Assembly: GCF_006345805.1 (NCBI RefSeq)
Contig: NW_021834204.1
Span: 1-64,000, forward strand
Direction of reading: 5' to 3'
Length of the DNA stretch: 64,000 bases
Origin: Octopus sinensis
Lineage: Eukaryota
Of the stretch, positions 12,845-23,949 are shown piece by piece. The notes beneath the pieces are model-generated. The model saw nothing but the letters and a program-made list of their open reading frames with translations, ran no database searches and was not told the origin of the DNA. Position numbers and translations under genes: made by a program. How positions within the stretch are numbered: position 1 is the first letter of the stretch; each line of letters starts with the position of its first letter.

Positions 12845-13006
12845 CTTTATTAGTCGAAGACAGGTGGTGTAGAAAACAAACAGATGTATTAGTATAACGC
12901 TCAGGAATTAAAAAGGTCTTTTACGTTTCGAGCCTACGCTCTTCTACAGAAAGGGACACAGAAAAAAACAAGGAGAGGAAAAAACGTGTGTAGTGGCTAC
13001 CGATCT

Positions 13007-13008
<2 letters not shown>
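12845..13008 (-). mobile_element. Solo Penelope-like element terminal repeat (pLTR) fragment
   Basis: Reverse complement is homologous block by block to 61285-61460, which lies downstream of the PLE ORF. Carries GAAGAGCGTAGGCTCGAAACGT, typical of PLE termini. Confidence 0.7.
12918..12953 (-). ncRNA. Minimal type I hammerhead-ribozyme-like motif (non-canonical core)
   Basis: Minus strand: CTTT-CTGTAGA-A-GAGC-GTAG-GCTC-GAAAC-GT-A-AAAG. This gives stem I CTTT/AAAG, stem II GAGC/GCTC, GAAA, a palindromic ACGT helix III and a GUA cleavage triplet. Core position 6 is U instead of A. Confidence 0.55.
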
Positions 13009-13043
<35 letters not shown>

Positions 13044-13046
<3 letters not shown>

Positions 13047-13286
13047 GAGCACTCCGTTGGTTACGACGACGAGGGTCCCAGTTGATACGATCAACAGAAC
13101 AGCTTACTCGTGAAATTAACGTGCAAGTAACACAGACACGTGTACCCTTAACGTAGTTCTCAGGGATAAGCAGCGTGACAAAAAGTGTGACAAGGCCTTT
13201 GAAAATTCAAGTACTACTCATTTTTAGCCAGCTGAGTGAACTGGAGCAACGTGAAATAAATCGTCTTGTTCAAGGACACAACGCGT
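13044..13286 (-). mobile_element. 5'-truncated chimeric SINE (family C-type body + family D-type tail)
   Basis: 13200-13286 matches the family C body (TTCACGTTGCTCCAGTTCACTCAGCTGG on the minus strand); 13044-13195 matches the tail of 47486-47871. Confidence 0.8.
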
Positions 13287-13498
13287 TGTTTAGGAAAACT
13301 GAAAAACCTAATTATTTACCAAATATTATTGGAGCGGCATTAAAAACAAAACAAAACAAAACTGCTGTATCGTTATTAAGTGGAATGCTATATTTTCTGA
13401 AAGGCAGGTCAATAAAATAAAGTTTCACCCCTCGAGTTAGCTTTATGATATTTTGCAAAGAACTTCTTCAAAAATGTATTTTTACTAAGACTATACTA

Positions 13499-14490
13499 TG
13501 GAGGAGAGGTACGACGACGAGCTCGGGGCGAACCTGGACGTCGACGACGAGTACCTGACCCGCCTGTTCAGGACGACTTTCGGGCCAGGGCCCATGGACA
13601 ACTTCCAGAGATCCCTGGCCTGGCAGTGCTACCGAGAAGCGCTACCCGTTCGGGATAAGCTCTACAGACACGGCTCGAGAAACACGGGGCCGACCTGCCC
13701 GAGATGCGGTCAGAGCGACGAAACCGTTCTGCACGCACTCGTGCAGTGTCCAACAATTTCCGACCTGTGGGCTTGTGTCGAACAACTGCTGTCACTGTGG
13801 GACGAGTCGGTTTATCAGCTGAGTCTATCGTCATATTGTCACGCCTCCCTCCTTCAAACGGGAAGGAAGAGCTATTTTCATCATCCTTTGTTGGCTATGG
13901 CGAAAGAAATGTATCGGGTTGACGCGTCTGAAGGGATTGGAGACAAACACTTTCCTCTCTGTGGTCAATCTCTCATCAACTTCTTCAGTACCACTTGAAA
14001 AGGAAAGTGAGAGTAGAGAGGCCAAGTTTTTGCTAGCGAATGTTTTAAAAAAAGATGGGTGAATGTAGCAAGAATGGCACGTATGAATGACGAAGCCACC
14101 CTTGAGCATGATCCTATGACCATGAATCCAGAAATTGAAAACAGAGAGTTGCTTATTTGCAAAAAAAAAAAAAAAGAAATATAACATGTGACTCCATTGA
14201 CCGAGGTTACCGTGGTCTTTTCCGTAGGCTTTTCTTTCCACGGGTAAACCTCACCTGTCCTCCCCTTTACACTTCATATTGACATTTCTGTGATAACGAT
14301 CCCTATTGATCAATTTTTTTTTCCTCTCCCCTTTTTTTTAACCCCCCCCTTTTTTGTCCTCTTTCTCTCCTTTTACGATCCCTTTATCGAACGAACTCCC
14401 CTTCCTTTTTTTTTTTTAAACCTTCAAAAGAAAAGCTCTACCTTGTAATTTGTTCTATCTGTGTGCAGCCCTGTGTGGCTAATAAAGAAA
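13499..14490 (+). mobile_element. 5'-truncated L1/Tx1-clade LINE (ORF2 C-terminus with zf-RVT-type CCHC, plus 3' UTR)
   Basis: FQRSLAWQCYREALPV..CPRCGQSDETVLHALVQC (C-x2-C-x8-H-x4-C), frameshifted downstream. Ends CAGCCCTGTGTGGCTAATAAAGAAA. Paralogous to 15470-16938. Confidence 0.85.
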
Positions 14491-14663
14491 CATATCTTAG
14501 GCCATGTAAATAATAGAACTTCCAAACATTGTTAAGCTGAGAAAGCACACATTACCGAAGTTCTGAAGACATCGTATCAACATCTACATTTTGGCATTTG
14601 TCTATCTGTCCATCTGTCACTCTACCTACATACCTGCCTATTTGTCAGTCTGTCTGTCTGCCT

Positions 14664-15006
14664 AAACCACTTTGAGCATGATCCTGTAAATCGTAAGAGA
14701 GAGAGAGAGAGAGAGAGAGAGCACTTAGCTCTCATGTGTCTTTATTTCCTCCCTGCTTGAGGTTACCGTGGTCTTTTCTGTAGGCTTTTCTTCTCACGGA
14801 TGAACCTAATCTTGTTTCTTACTGTTAAAAAAATTTGTTTCTGTGATACACGATCCATTTTGATCCCTTTTTTTCCCCCGATCCTTTTTGATAGAAATTT
14901 TACATTTGTTTCCTTTTTTTCTTTTTCCTTTTCCATCTTCGAAAAGAAAAGTTCTACATTTGTATTTGCCCCCTCTGTGTCCAGCCCTGTGTGGCCAATA
15001 AAGAAA
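14664..15006 (+). mobile_element. 3' UTR fragment of a second Tx1-like subfamily
   Basis: Shares TTGAGCATGATCCT, the GAGGTTACCGTGG hairpin and the CAGCCCTGTGTGGCCAATAAAGAAA end with the longer copies, but is diverged. Followed directly by (TATC)n. Confidence 0.8.
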
Positions 15007-15007
15007 G

Positions 15008-15008
<1 letters not shown>

Positions 15009-15103
<95 letters not shown>

Positions 15104-15214
15104 TAGAGAGATAGATAGATGGATAAATAGATACATAGATATATACATACTGCATACATACATATACGCGTGTGCACACATACGCACACCGCACACACAC
15201 ACGCACACACATGC

Positions 15215-15270
<56 letters not shown>

Positions 15271-15293
15271 ATACATATATACATATATATATA

Positions 15294-15342
<49 letters not shown>

Positions 15343-15468
15343 CATACATGCATACATATATTACATACATACATACATACATATATACATACATATATAC
15401 ATACATACATGCATACATACATACATACATACATACATACATACATACATACATACATACATACATAA
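15009..15468. repeat. (TATC)n, short (GATA)n, (CA)n, (TA)n and (TACA)n microsatellites
   Basis: Directly visible. Confidence 0.95.
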
Positions 15469-15469
15469 A

Positions 15470-16938
15470 TAAAAGGTCGGGCGGAGGTGGTGAACGCGTA
15501 CATCGCGTCCATCATCTACTACCGCCTGACCGTCGTACCTTGTCCCGACCCTACCATCACCAAACTAGAACGCATCCTCTTCCGCTTCTTGTGGAAAGGA
15601 TGCGTCCCGATGGTCAGGCGATCCATTTGCTGTCAACACCCGTTAAAAGGAGGGCTGGGCATGCCGTGGTTGATGATGCGCAGACACGCGCTGAGACTGC
15701 GACATCTCCGGCTCTATGTAGACGACGGTGAACAGGTGTGGTCGCCGTTTGTGAGGCACGCATTCCCGCAATCGTTTCCATGACCGAACTGCAGTCGTGG
15801 ATCAAAAAGAGGCCGAGGAAGGGCGAATGGCACCGCGAGTGTCGCGTTGCTCTCAGGCAACTCTGCCGTCCCGGGTCGACCTTGAGTGACTTCAACAACA
15901 CAACCAAAGCATTCTATAGGGGATTAGTGGAGGGGAGGTACGACGACGAGCGGGGCAAACCTGGGCTTCGACGAGGAATACCTGACCCGCCTGTTTCAAA
16001 CGACTTTCGGCCCGGGACCTATGGACACTTCCAGAGATCCCTGGCCTGGCGGTGCTACCGAGAAGCGCTACCCGTTCGGGATAAGCTCTATAGGCATGGC
16101 TCGAGAAACACGGGGCCGACCTGCTCGAGATGCGGGCAGAGCGACGAAACCGTTCTGCACGCACTCGTGCAGTGTCCAGCAATTTCCCACCTGTGGGCTT
16201 ATGTCGAACGACTGCTGTCACGTGTGGGACGAGTCGGTTTATCAGCCGAGTCTATCGTTATATCGTCACGCCTCCTTCCTTCAAACGGAAGGAAGAGCTA
16301 TTTTTATCATACTTTGGCTATGGCGAAAGAATGTATCTGGTGGACGCGCCTGAAAGGATTAGAGACAAACACTTTCCTCTCTGGTCAATCTCTCATCAAC
16401 TTCTTCAAGTATCACTTGAAGAAAAATGAGAGTAGAGAGGCAAGTTTTGTCTAGTGAATGTTTTAAAAAAGATGGGTGAATGTAGCAAGGATGGCACGTA
16501 TGAATGACGAAGCCACCTTGACTATGATTCTATGAACCGTAAAAATTAATACAGAGAGTTGCTTATTTGCAAAAAAAAAAAAAAAAAGAAATATAACATG
16601 TGACTTCATTGACCGAGGTTACCGTGGTCTTTTCCGTAGGCTTTTCTTTCCACGGGTAAACCTCACCTGTCCTCCCTTTTACACTTCACTTCATATTGAC
16701 ATTTCTGTGATAACGATCCCTATTGATCAATTTTTTTCGTCTCCCCCTTTTTTTTTAACCCCCCCCTTTTTGTCCTCTTTCTCTCCTTTTACGATCCCTT
16801 TTGATCGACCCCCCCTTTTTTTATTTATTTATTGATTTATTTATTATTTAAAAAAAATTTTTTTTTTACCTTCAAAAGAAAAGCTCTACCTTGTAATTTG
16901 TTCTATCTGTGTGCAGCCCTGTGTGGCTAATAAAGAAA
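15470..16938 (+). mobile_element. 5'-truncated L1/Tx1-clade LINE (post-RT region + zf-RVT + 3' UTR)
   Basis: [34 protein letters not shown] (L1/Tx1 post-RT motifs) and CSRCGQSDETVLHALVQC, with several frameshifts. The 3' end AATAAAGAAA is followed by (TATC)n. Confidence 0.88.
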
Positions 16939-16939
16939 C

Positions 16940-16940
16940 A

Positions 16941-17003
<63 letters not shown>

Positions 17004-17097
17004 GTTTCTATCTATCTATTTAGAGAGAAATTGTTCTACTTTGTATTTATGTCCCCTTTGTCAGCCCTGTGTGGCCAATAAAGAAAAGTTATCTATA

Positions 17098-17176
<79 letters not shown>

Positions 17177-17321
17177 TTAGAGAGATAGATAGATGGATAA
17201 ATAGATACATAGATACATATCTATCTATCTATCTATGTTTCTATCTATCTATTTAGAGAGAAAAGTTCTACATTTGTATTTGTCCCCTCTGTGTCCAGCC
17301 CTGTGTGGCCAATAAAGAAAG

Positions 17322-17397
<76 letters not shown>

Positions 17398-17470
17398 TCT
17401 ATCTTTCTATCCTCCGTGCAGCCCTGTGTGGCTAATACAGAACCATATCCTCCGTCTGTCTGTCTGTCTA
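16940..17470 (+). repeat. (TATC)n array containing three short Tx1 3'-terminal tips
   Basis: CAGCCCTGTGTGGC(C/T)AATA(A/C)AGAA recurs near 17062, 17296 and 17418, separated by TATC tracts. Confidence 0.85.
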
Positions 17471-17719
17471 GCTGTCTGTCTATCTGTCTGCTTGTCTCAT
17501 CTGATTTAGCAACATATAATACCGGTTTATACTTTGAATTATAATGTGCTAAAATGCCAATGTATGGTTCATCAATTTTTGATGAACCTTTGATTTTCAT
17601 ATAGTTTTTTTATGTTATGTGAGTTCCATATAGAGCGGACTGGAGGGGGGAGTCCTTAAACTGGATATAAATTTCTGTGTATAAGGATGTTTATATACGC
17701 ATGCACCACTTGTAGAAAG

Positions 17720-18320
<601 letters not shown>

Positions 18321-18779
18321 TATAGATATATTCGGAAATTCTTCTTTGGTGGAATTATAAAAATCACGGCAGAATTATTGCTGAAAGTAATAATTTAATA
18401 ACTTAATTATCTGTAATTTAATCAAATTTATTCTCAACAGTAGAAGAGATAAGAGTTCTGAATTCATTGTTATATTGATATAAAATATATAATTGATAAA
18501 CCAGGGAAAGAAACAGGGGAGTTAAATGTACACACACACAGAAACAGTTACACGCACACATGCACTCACATAAATACGCATTCGTACACATACACGCATA
18601 CATACATATATACATACATATATATATATATATGCATACACAGTAATAAATACACTAACATAAATAGATTTCGATACACAGGCGCTGGCGAATTTCTCAA
18701 TGTATTTTATGTATCATCACCACAATTACACTTTTCATTATCTTCCCCCGCCATTTTGATGAAAATGATGCTGATGGCA

Positions 18780-18855
18780 GTGATGGTGGGGGGGTGATGG
18801 TCGTGGTGGTAATGGTGGTGGTGGTGGAGGTGGTGATGATGGCGGAGGTGTCGAA

Positions 18856-18889
<34 letters not shown>

Positions 18890-19390
18890 GGTGGTGGTGG
18901 TCATCTTCATCAACCCATCGCCATCGTGAGCCTCATACACTTCACGACGACGATGGCCACTATCATCAACACTGCCGCCGCCATTTCGTCATCACTGTCG
19001 CCAATACACTACCACCACAGCTGTCTCCAGCATTATGCTTCTTCTTCACTCACCTTCTCCCCGTCCTCAACCTACTCTTTGTCATTATGAATCCTCATTA
19101 TTGCGACGACGACCACGACCACGACGACCAGCACGACGACCACGACCAGCACGAAAACGACGACGACCACCGCCACTTCTCCATTACCCTTCTCCTCCTC
19201 CTCCTCCTCCCATCCTCCCCATCCCTTCATCTTCCCCTCCCCTCCTCTTCCCCTCCTTCGCCTCCTTTTTTTTCCCTCATTCTCTTCCCCTTCACCTCCT
19301 CCTCCCGATCCCCATCCCGCCCCCTCCTCCTTCTATTCTTCTCCTCCCTCATCCTTTCCCCCTCCTTTCCCCTCCTCATACTCCTCCCCA
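18780..19390. repeat. Low-complexity (GGT)n/(GAT)n/(GAC)n/(CCT)n region
   Basis: Directly visible degenerate trinucleotide runs. Confidence 0.85.
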
Positions 19391-19712
19391 TGGGTATAAG
19401 TAAGTATTTCATTTATTTCCCGCCGTATTTATCGCTGACGAGGAGAAAATTCTTATGAATTAACTCTGAAATTGGGACCGATACGATAATAACAGAAATT
19501 TTTAGAAATTTCTGTCGGCTTACTTCGAGACGCGTGCTTATAGTGATAAATTATATGGTTATTGACGATTTGTCTATTTTCGGCATATTTGGCATTAGAA
19601 TTTTTTTCTTTTGCCCTTGTTTATAAGTTGTTTATAAATTTAACCTTTAAAGGTATTTTTTAATATGCTGGCCATTGATAGAATTTTTTTCGAAAAATTT
19701 TATCCTATATTA

Positions 19713-20130
19713 GGCGCAGGAGTGGCTGTGTGGTAAGTAGCTTGCTAAACAACCACATGGTTCCGGGTTCAGTCCCACTGCGTGGCATCTTGGGCAAGTG
19801 TCTTCTGCTATAGCCCCGGGCCGACCAATGCCTTGTGAGTGGATTTGGTAGACGGAAACTGAAAGAAGCCTGTCGTATATATGTATGTATATATATATGT
19901 ATGTGTGTGTGTTTGTGTGTCTGTGTTTGTCCCCCTAGCATTGCTTGACAACCGATGCTGGTGTGTTTACGTCCCCGTCACTTAGCGGTTCGGCAAAAGA
20001 GACTGATAGAATAAGTACTGGGCTTACAAAGAATAAGTCCCGGGGTCGATTTGCTCGACTAAAGGCGGTGCTCCAGCATGGCCGCAGTCAAATGACTGAA
20101 ACAAGTAAAAGAGTAAAAGAGTAAAGAGTA
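19713..20130 (+). mobile_element. Full-length tRNA-derived SINE (family B)
   Basis: Head GGCGCAGGAGTGGCTGTGTGGTAAG, B-box-like GGGTTCAGTCCC, CTTGGGCAAGTGTCTT (resembles the start of the CORE domain), internal TA/TG microsatellite and (AAAGAGTA)n tail. Confidence 0.92.
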
Positions 20131-20349
20131 TTAAATGTAAATTTAATAGTGTTCACTTCCGGACTCTCTCACTCTATGAGAGTTTTCAGTCCGATCGAAC
20201 GTGTCTCGAGGTGTGCAGGAAAATTTCTATTTTGGATATATTTGTTTATAAGTTGTTTATAAATTTAACCTTTAAAGGTATTTTTTAATATGCTGGCCGT
20301 TGATAGAATTTTTTTCGAAAAATTTTATCCTATATTAGATATATATTTA

Positions 20350-20544
20350 TATATATACGTATGTATTTATGCGTGAGTGTCTTTGTGTCTGTGTTTGTCC
20401 CCCCGCTTGACAACCGATGCTGGTTTGTTTATGTCCCCGAAACTTAGCGGTTCATCAAAAGAGAAGGATAGAATAAGATCTAGGCTTACGAAGAGTAAGT
20501 CCTGGAGGTCAAATGACTGAAACGTGTAAAAGAGTAAAAGAGTA
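20350..20544 (+). mobile_element. SINE family B 3' half with internal deletion
   Basis: Matches the family B tail but reads GTCCTGGAGGTCAAATGACTG, lacking about 40 bp present in 19713-20130. Confidence 0.85.
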
Positions 20545-20970
20545 TATTAGTGAGTAAAAAAATGCTGACTCTGACATTGACGAACAAATCCCCTCCTCCT
20601 TCCATTCTTCTCCTCCCTCCTCCTTTCCCCCCTCCTTTACCCCTTCTTTCTCCTCCTCATACTCCTCCCCATGGGTATAAGTAAGTATTTCATTTATTTC
20701 CCGCCGTATTTATCGCTGACGAGGAGAAGTATTGTAGCAGAAGCTACAATATTTGCCATTGAGGAACAGGCCCTCATCACAACACTTATATGGAGAGTGT
20801 GTATCATACAAGTACAACATCGATTTTCCAGAATCTTCGGTTCTAAAATCTTTCCAGATTACTGAATTTTCTGAACATCGGGTAGTCACCTTGTTTAATA
20901 CACTCAAACAAATATTAAATTTACTTAAATAAAAAAAATAGTTAAATGATAAAATACAGGTACGTGTATA

Positions 20971-21373
20971 TTACTATTTTACTCTTTTACTTGTTTCAGT
21001 TATTTGACTGCAGCCATGCTGGAGCACCGCCTTTTAGTCGAGCAAATCGACCCCAGAACTTATTCTTTGTAAGCCTAGTACTTATTTTATCGGTCTCTTT
21101 TGCTGAACCGCTATGTTACGGGGACGTAAACACACCAGCATCGGTTGTCAAGCGATGTTGGGGGACAAATACAGATAGACAAACATATACACATATATAT
21201 CCATATATACGACGGGATTCTTTCAGTTTCCCTCTACGAAATCCACTCACTAGGCTTTGGTCGGCCCGAGGCTATAGTAGAAGACACTTGCCCAAGGTGC
21301 CACGCAGTGGGACTGAACCTGGAACCATGTGGTTTGTAAGCAAGCTACTTACAACACAGCCACTCCTGCGCCT
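20971..21373 (-). mobile_element. Full-length SINE family B
   Basis: Reverse complement of the 19713-20130 type from head to tail. Confidence 0.92.
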
Positions 21374-21614
21374 ATGGAGGTTCTACCGAAACTTGAACTC
21401 GGATTGCTGGATTCAGAGTCTATTAGTGTTGATCATAAGATGTTCCGGATCATCACTGCCTGGAAAATCGATGTTGTATTTGCATGTGTATTATAGATGG
21501 TAAATATCGCTTATGAAAAATAAGTGTGTGAAATATCTTTGATAAACAAGTTCGTGAGATGTGTTCTGTGAACGGTTTTGAGTAGGAATCGGAAAGAGAA
21601 GTATGAACACACAA

Positions 21615-21742
21615 TGCGCATGTGCACACTGAATTCGTAAAAAGGATGAGAAGGATAAAAACGCAATGCGCATGTCAAAATAAAACGGAAGAGAAGTATA
21701 AAAACAAATTATATGACGGTCTTCATACCACGTCTGACGTCA
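21615..21742. promoter_or_regulatory. Cluster of promoter-type motifs
   Basis: TGCGCATGTGCA (21615) and TGCGCATG (21667), both NRF1-like; CGGAAG (21686, ETS-like); TGACGTCA (21735, CRE) in non-repetitive sequence. Motif match only. Confidence 0.2.
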
Positions 21743-22054
21743 CTATCACGCAGATTTGCGGCAATTCCCTTGTTTATTTCAAATTCCGCCGTGTCTGACT
21801 TTGCATTTCATCTTGTTGATGTCTATGAAATAATTACCGGTTGAACACTGTGCTCGATGTAAACGATTATCCTCTCTCCTAAAATTGCTCTCCTTGTGCT
21901 AAAATTTGAAACTTTTATCAGAAAGTAAGTTCCATCATGCAACTGTTTTGTGAGTTTACGTCAAGATCGCTCTCCATCATATCGAGTCGATGTAATGTGA
22001 TTACCAGTTCAAGGCAGTGAATTGCTACGATGCCTTACAATATTTGTTCTGGCT

Positions 22055-23060
22055 GTAAGGCTGGCAGAAACGTTAGCACGCCGAGCGAAATGCTTAGCGG
22101 TATTTCGTCTGCCGTTTCGCTCTGGGTTCAAATTCCGCCGAGGTCGACTTTGCCTTTCATCCTTTCGGGGTCGATTAAATAAGTACCAGTTACGCACTGG
22201 GGTCGATGTAATCGACTTAATACCTTTGTCTGTCCTTGTTTGTCCTCTCTATGTTTAGCCCCTTGTGGGTAGTAAAGAAATAGGTATTTCGTCTGCCGCT
22301 ACGTTCTGCGTTGAAATTTCGCCGAGGTCGACTTTGCCTTTCATCCTTTCGGGGTCGATTAAATAAGTACCAGTTATGCACTAGGTTCGATATAATCGAC
22401 TTAATCTGTTTATCTATCCTTGTTTGTCCCATCTGTGTGTAGCCCCTTGTGGACAGTAATGAAATAAGAAACGTTAGCACGCCGGGCAAAATGATTAGCA
22501 GTATTTCGTCTGTCTTTACGTTCTGAGTTCAAATTCCGCCGAGGTTGACTTTGCCTTTCATCCTTCGGGGTCGATTAAATAAGTACAGTTACGCACTGGG
22601 GTCGATGTAATCGACTTAATACCTTTGTCTGTCTTGTTTGTCCTCTCTATGTTTAGCCCCTTGTGGGTAGTAAAGAAATAGGTATTTCGTCTGCCGCTAC
22701 GTTCTGCGTTGAAATTTCGCCGAGGTCGACTTTGCCTTTCATCCTTTCGGGGTCGATTAAATAAGTACCAGTATGCACTAGGTTCGATATAATCGACTTA
22801 ATCTGTTTATCTATCCTTGTTTGTCCCATCTGTGTGTAGCCCCTTGTGGACAGTAATGAAATAAGAAACGTTAGCACGCCGGGCAAAATGATTAGCAGTA
22901 TTTCGTCTGTCTTTACGTTCTGAGTTCAAATTCCGCCGAGGTTGACTTTGCCTTTCATCCTTTCGGGGTCGATAAATTAAGTACCAGTTGCACACTGGGG
23001 TCGATCTAATCGGCTGGCCCCGCTACCCAAATTTCGAGCCTTGTTCCTAGAGTAGAAAAG
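22055..23060 (+). mobile_element. Multimeric SINE family A insertion (five core units)
   Basis: The core TTTGCCTTTCATCCTT(T)CGGGGTCGAT occurs five times. The block is bounded by an identical 16-bp direct repeat AATATTTGTTCTGGCT (22039-22054, 23061-23076). Confidence 0.9.
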
Positions 23061-23149
23061 AATATTTGTTCTGGCTTTTCCCGTTCTGATGTTTTCATGG
23101 TAGACTTAATCCATCACCTGGTTTAATGCCACAATATTGTCCTTAGGTG

Positions 23150-23480
23150 TCCTTATTAGAATTTACCCGGCTGCAAGCATTCGAGACAGCTTCCGGTTTG
23201 GAGATAACTTCATAAAACACTTGAAAAAATAAAGGTTGAAAGATACTTCCTTTCTTACTAAGACTAAACGTCTTAAGAAAATTTCCCTCCTGACCAGGCT
23301 GTTTGTTTGCTTCATTCTCATTTCTGAAAAAATACGGATATTGACCCGTACATTTTGCATCAACTGAGAAAGGAGTTCTTGTCCAACAGGAGGAATATAG
23401 CGACCTGTATTCGCTGCTTTAGTGAGGAAGATGCCAGTATCATAAAAACAGTCATCGTTAGCTTGATAATACTGAAAGGG
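23150..23480 (-). mobile_element. Degenerate L1-like RT N-terminal remnant
   Basis: Across a frameshift it reads EM..MKQ/NKQPGQEG..LFFQVFYEV, resembling the L1-clade motif M..NKSPGPDG..EFY..L..VFNE. Confidence 0.4.
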
Positions 23481-23635
23481 GTACTCCAAACATAGCAACA
23501 TTTGTAGCTAGTAATTTTAAAATCACTCGTGAAAAGAAATGGTGGGATGTATTTCCTTCAGATGTAGTTTGTCCTAAAGTAGATTTTTGCTTAACCAACT
23601 CAAAGAAGGAAGTATAAACTAAATATATTGGCATG

Positions 23636-23820
23636 TACTCTTTTACTCTTTTACACGTTTCAGTCATTTGACCTCCAGGACTTACTCTTCGTAAGCCTAG
23701 CACTTATTCTATCGTTCTCTTTTGCTTAACCGCTAAGTTTCCGGGACATAAACAAACCAACATCGGTTGTGAAGCGGGGGACAAACACAGACACAAAGAC
23801 ACACACGCATAAATACATAC

Positions 23821-23864
<44 letters not shown>

Positions 23865-23949
23865 GATAGGCTTCTTTCAGTTTCCGTCTACCAAATCAAC
23901 TCACAAGACTTTGGTCGCTCCGAGGCTATAGTAGAAGACACTTGCCCAA
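23636..23949 (-). mobile_element. 5'-truncated SINE family B with the same internal deletion as 20350-20544
   Basis: Plus strand CAGTCATTTGACCTCCAGGACTTACTCTTCGTAAGCCTAG is the reverse complement of the variant at 20484-20523. Confidence 0.87.

Noticed and set aside
23163-23501. Apparent 120-bp host exon (TTTCAG|YYQANDDCFYDTG..QN|GTACGG)
   Set aside because: The adjacent frameshifted sequence resembles the L1 RT N-terminal motif, so a decayed LINE is the simpler explanation. It is not fully excluded without RNA data.
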